Assembly: GCF_004010195.1 (NCBI RefSeq)
Contig: NC_057723.1
Span: 39,033,425-39,097,424, forward strand
Direction of reading: 5' to 3'
Origin: Chiloscyllium plagiosum
Lineage: Eukaryota
Length of the DNA stretch: 64,000 nucleotides
The position numbers were made by a program, and so were the translations under genes. The notes beneath the pieces are model-generated. The model worked only from the letters and a program-made list of their open reading frames with translations. It did not search any database and was not told the DNA's origin. This document shows positions 63,311-64,000 of this stretch, piece after piece. How positions within the stretch are numbered: position 1 is the first letter of the stretch; every line of letters begins with the position of its first letter.

Positions 63311-64000
63311 AAACCTCTCCAAACCATCAGCATCAATATCTGTGACTTTACACAGACACAGAGGTAGAAATGAACTTTTGCAACCCAGAGAGGTGTGTAG
63401 CCATGAATGGTCACTTACTCACATTCCCAAAGCGCTCAGAAGCATGGAATGAATAGAAGCAAGGATCTAGCACAAGGCATTTTCATTGTATTTGCATCAA
63501 TAATCTCCTCACCAAAGTGTTAAGTCTTGGCTGCAGTCATGAACATAAGTGTGGAATCTGTAGCTATCCCGGATATTTCTCAGAAGCAATACCTTGTCAT
63601 TATAACTTTTACCCTCCTTCTAATTTATTAAGAGGCTGCTTAACTCCGACATAGTATCCAATTAACCCACACTACAACTAAGATAATAGTCAAAATGATA
63701 GGTGAGGATTAAAAGTGCATCTATTTACAGATATAAGACACATAAACTTGAACACAACCATAAGCTCACCTGCCTGTGTCTTAACTTGCACTGAGTCCTA
63801 TTCCCCTTCAAACTCTATGCTCAGTGACCTGTTTAGCTCCTGGTGTGGATTTTGAAATTCTCTTCCTTGAGTCCAAACATTCCATTGAGAAGAAACAGGA
63901 AATTGGCAGAAATGATGCTCATTTGGCACAGACATGATAGGCCAAAAGGCCTCCTTCTGCACTATAACATTTTTGTTCTTTGATTCTGTCTTGTTAGCAA

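Overview
Eukaryotic, repeat-rich vertebrate genomic DNA. It is most likely a cartilaginous fish (shark), inferred from HE1-type V-SINEs with (TAATC)n tails and abundant HER1/CR1-type LINEs. One host gene is supported on the + strand: a type-I membrane mucin with a signal-peptide exon (7707-7758), a 666-nt Ser/Thr-rich exon (8330-8995) and, about 25 kb downstream, a transmembrane exon (34038-34113). Its exon plan and juxtamembrane motif resemble PARM1, but I could not identify the cytoplasmic-tail exon with confidence. The rest is intronic or intergenic DNA containing CR1 LINEs (including a 3.4-kb copy with the ORF1 esterase end and ORF2), V-SINEs, tRNA-SINEs, RTE and Harbinger relics, a 5S rRNA pseudogene abutting a tRNA-SINE, and several Penelope-like element (PLE) families. 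The most notable pattern is that the PLE ends carry minimal hammerhead-ribozyme motifs (CTGATGA-stem-GAAAC-GTC) and six PLE insertions are foldbacks with 3' ends pointing outward. One foldback places an intact sense-strand ribozyme core in the mucin-gene intron next to its own antisense arm. PLE hammerheads are known in general; the locus-level arrangement and any effect on the host gene are inference. No prokaryotic-type systems or CRISPR arrays are present. Repeat boundaries were judged by eye and are approximate.
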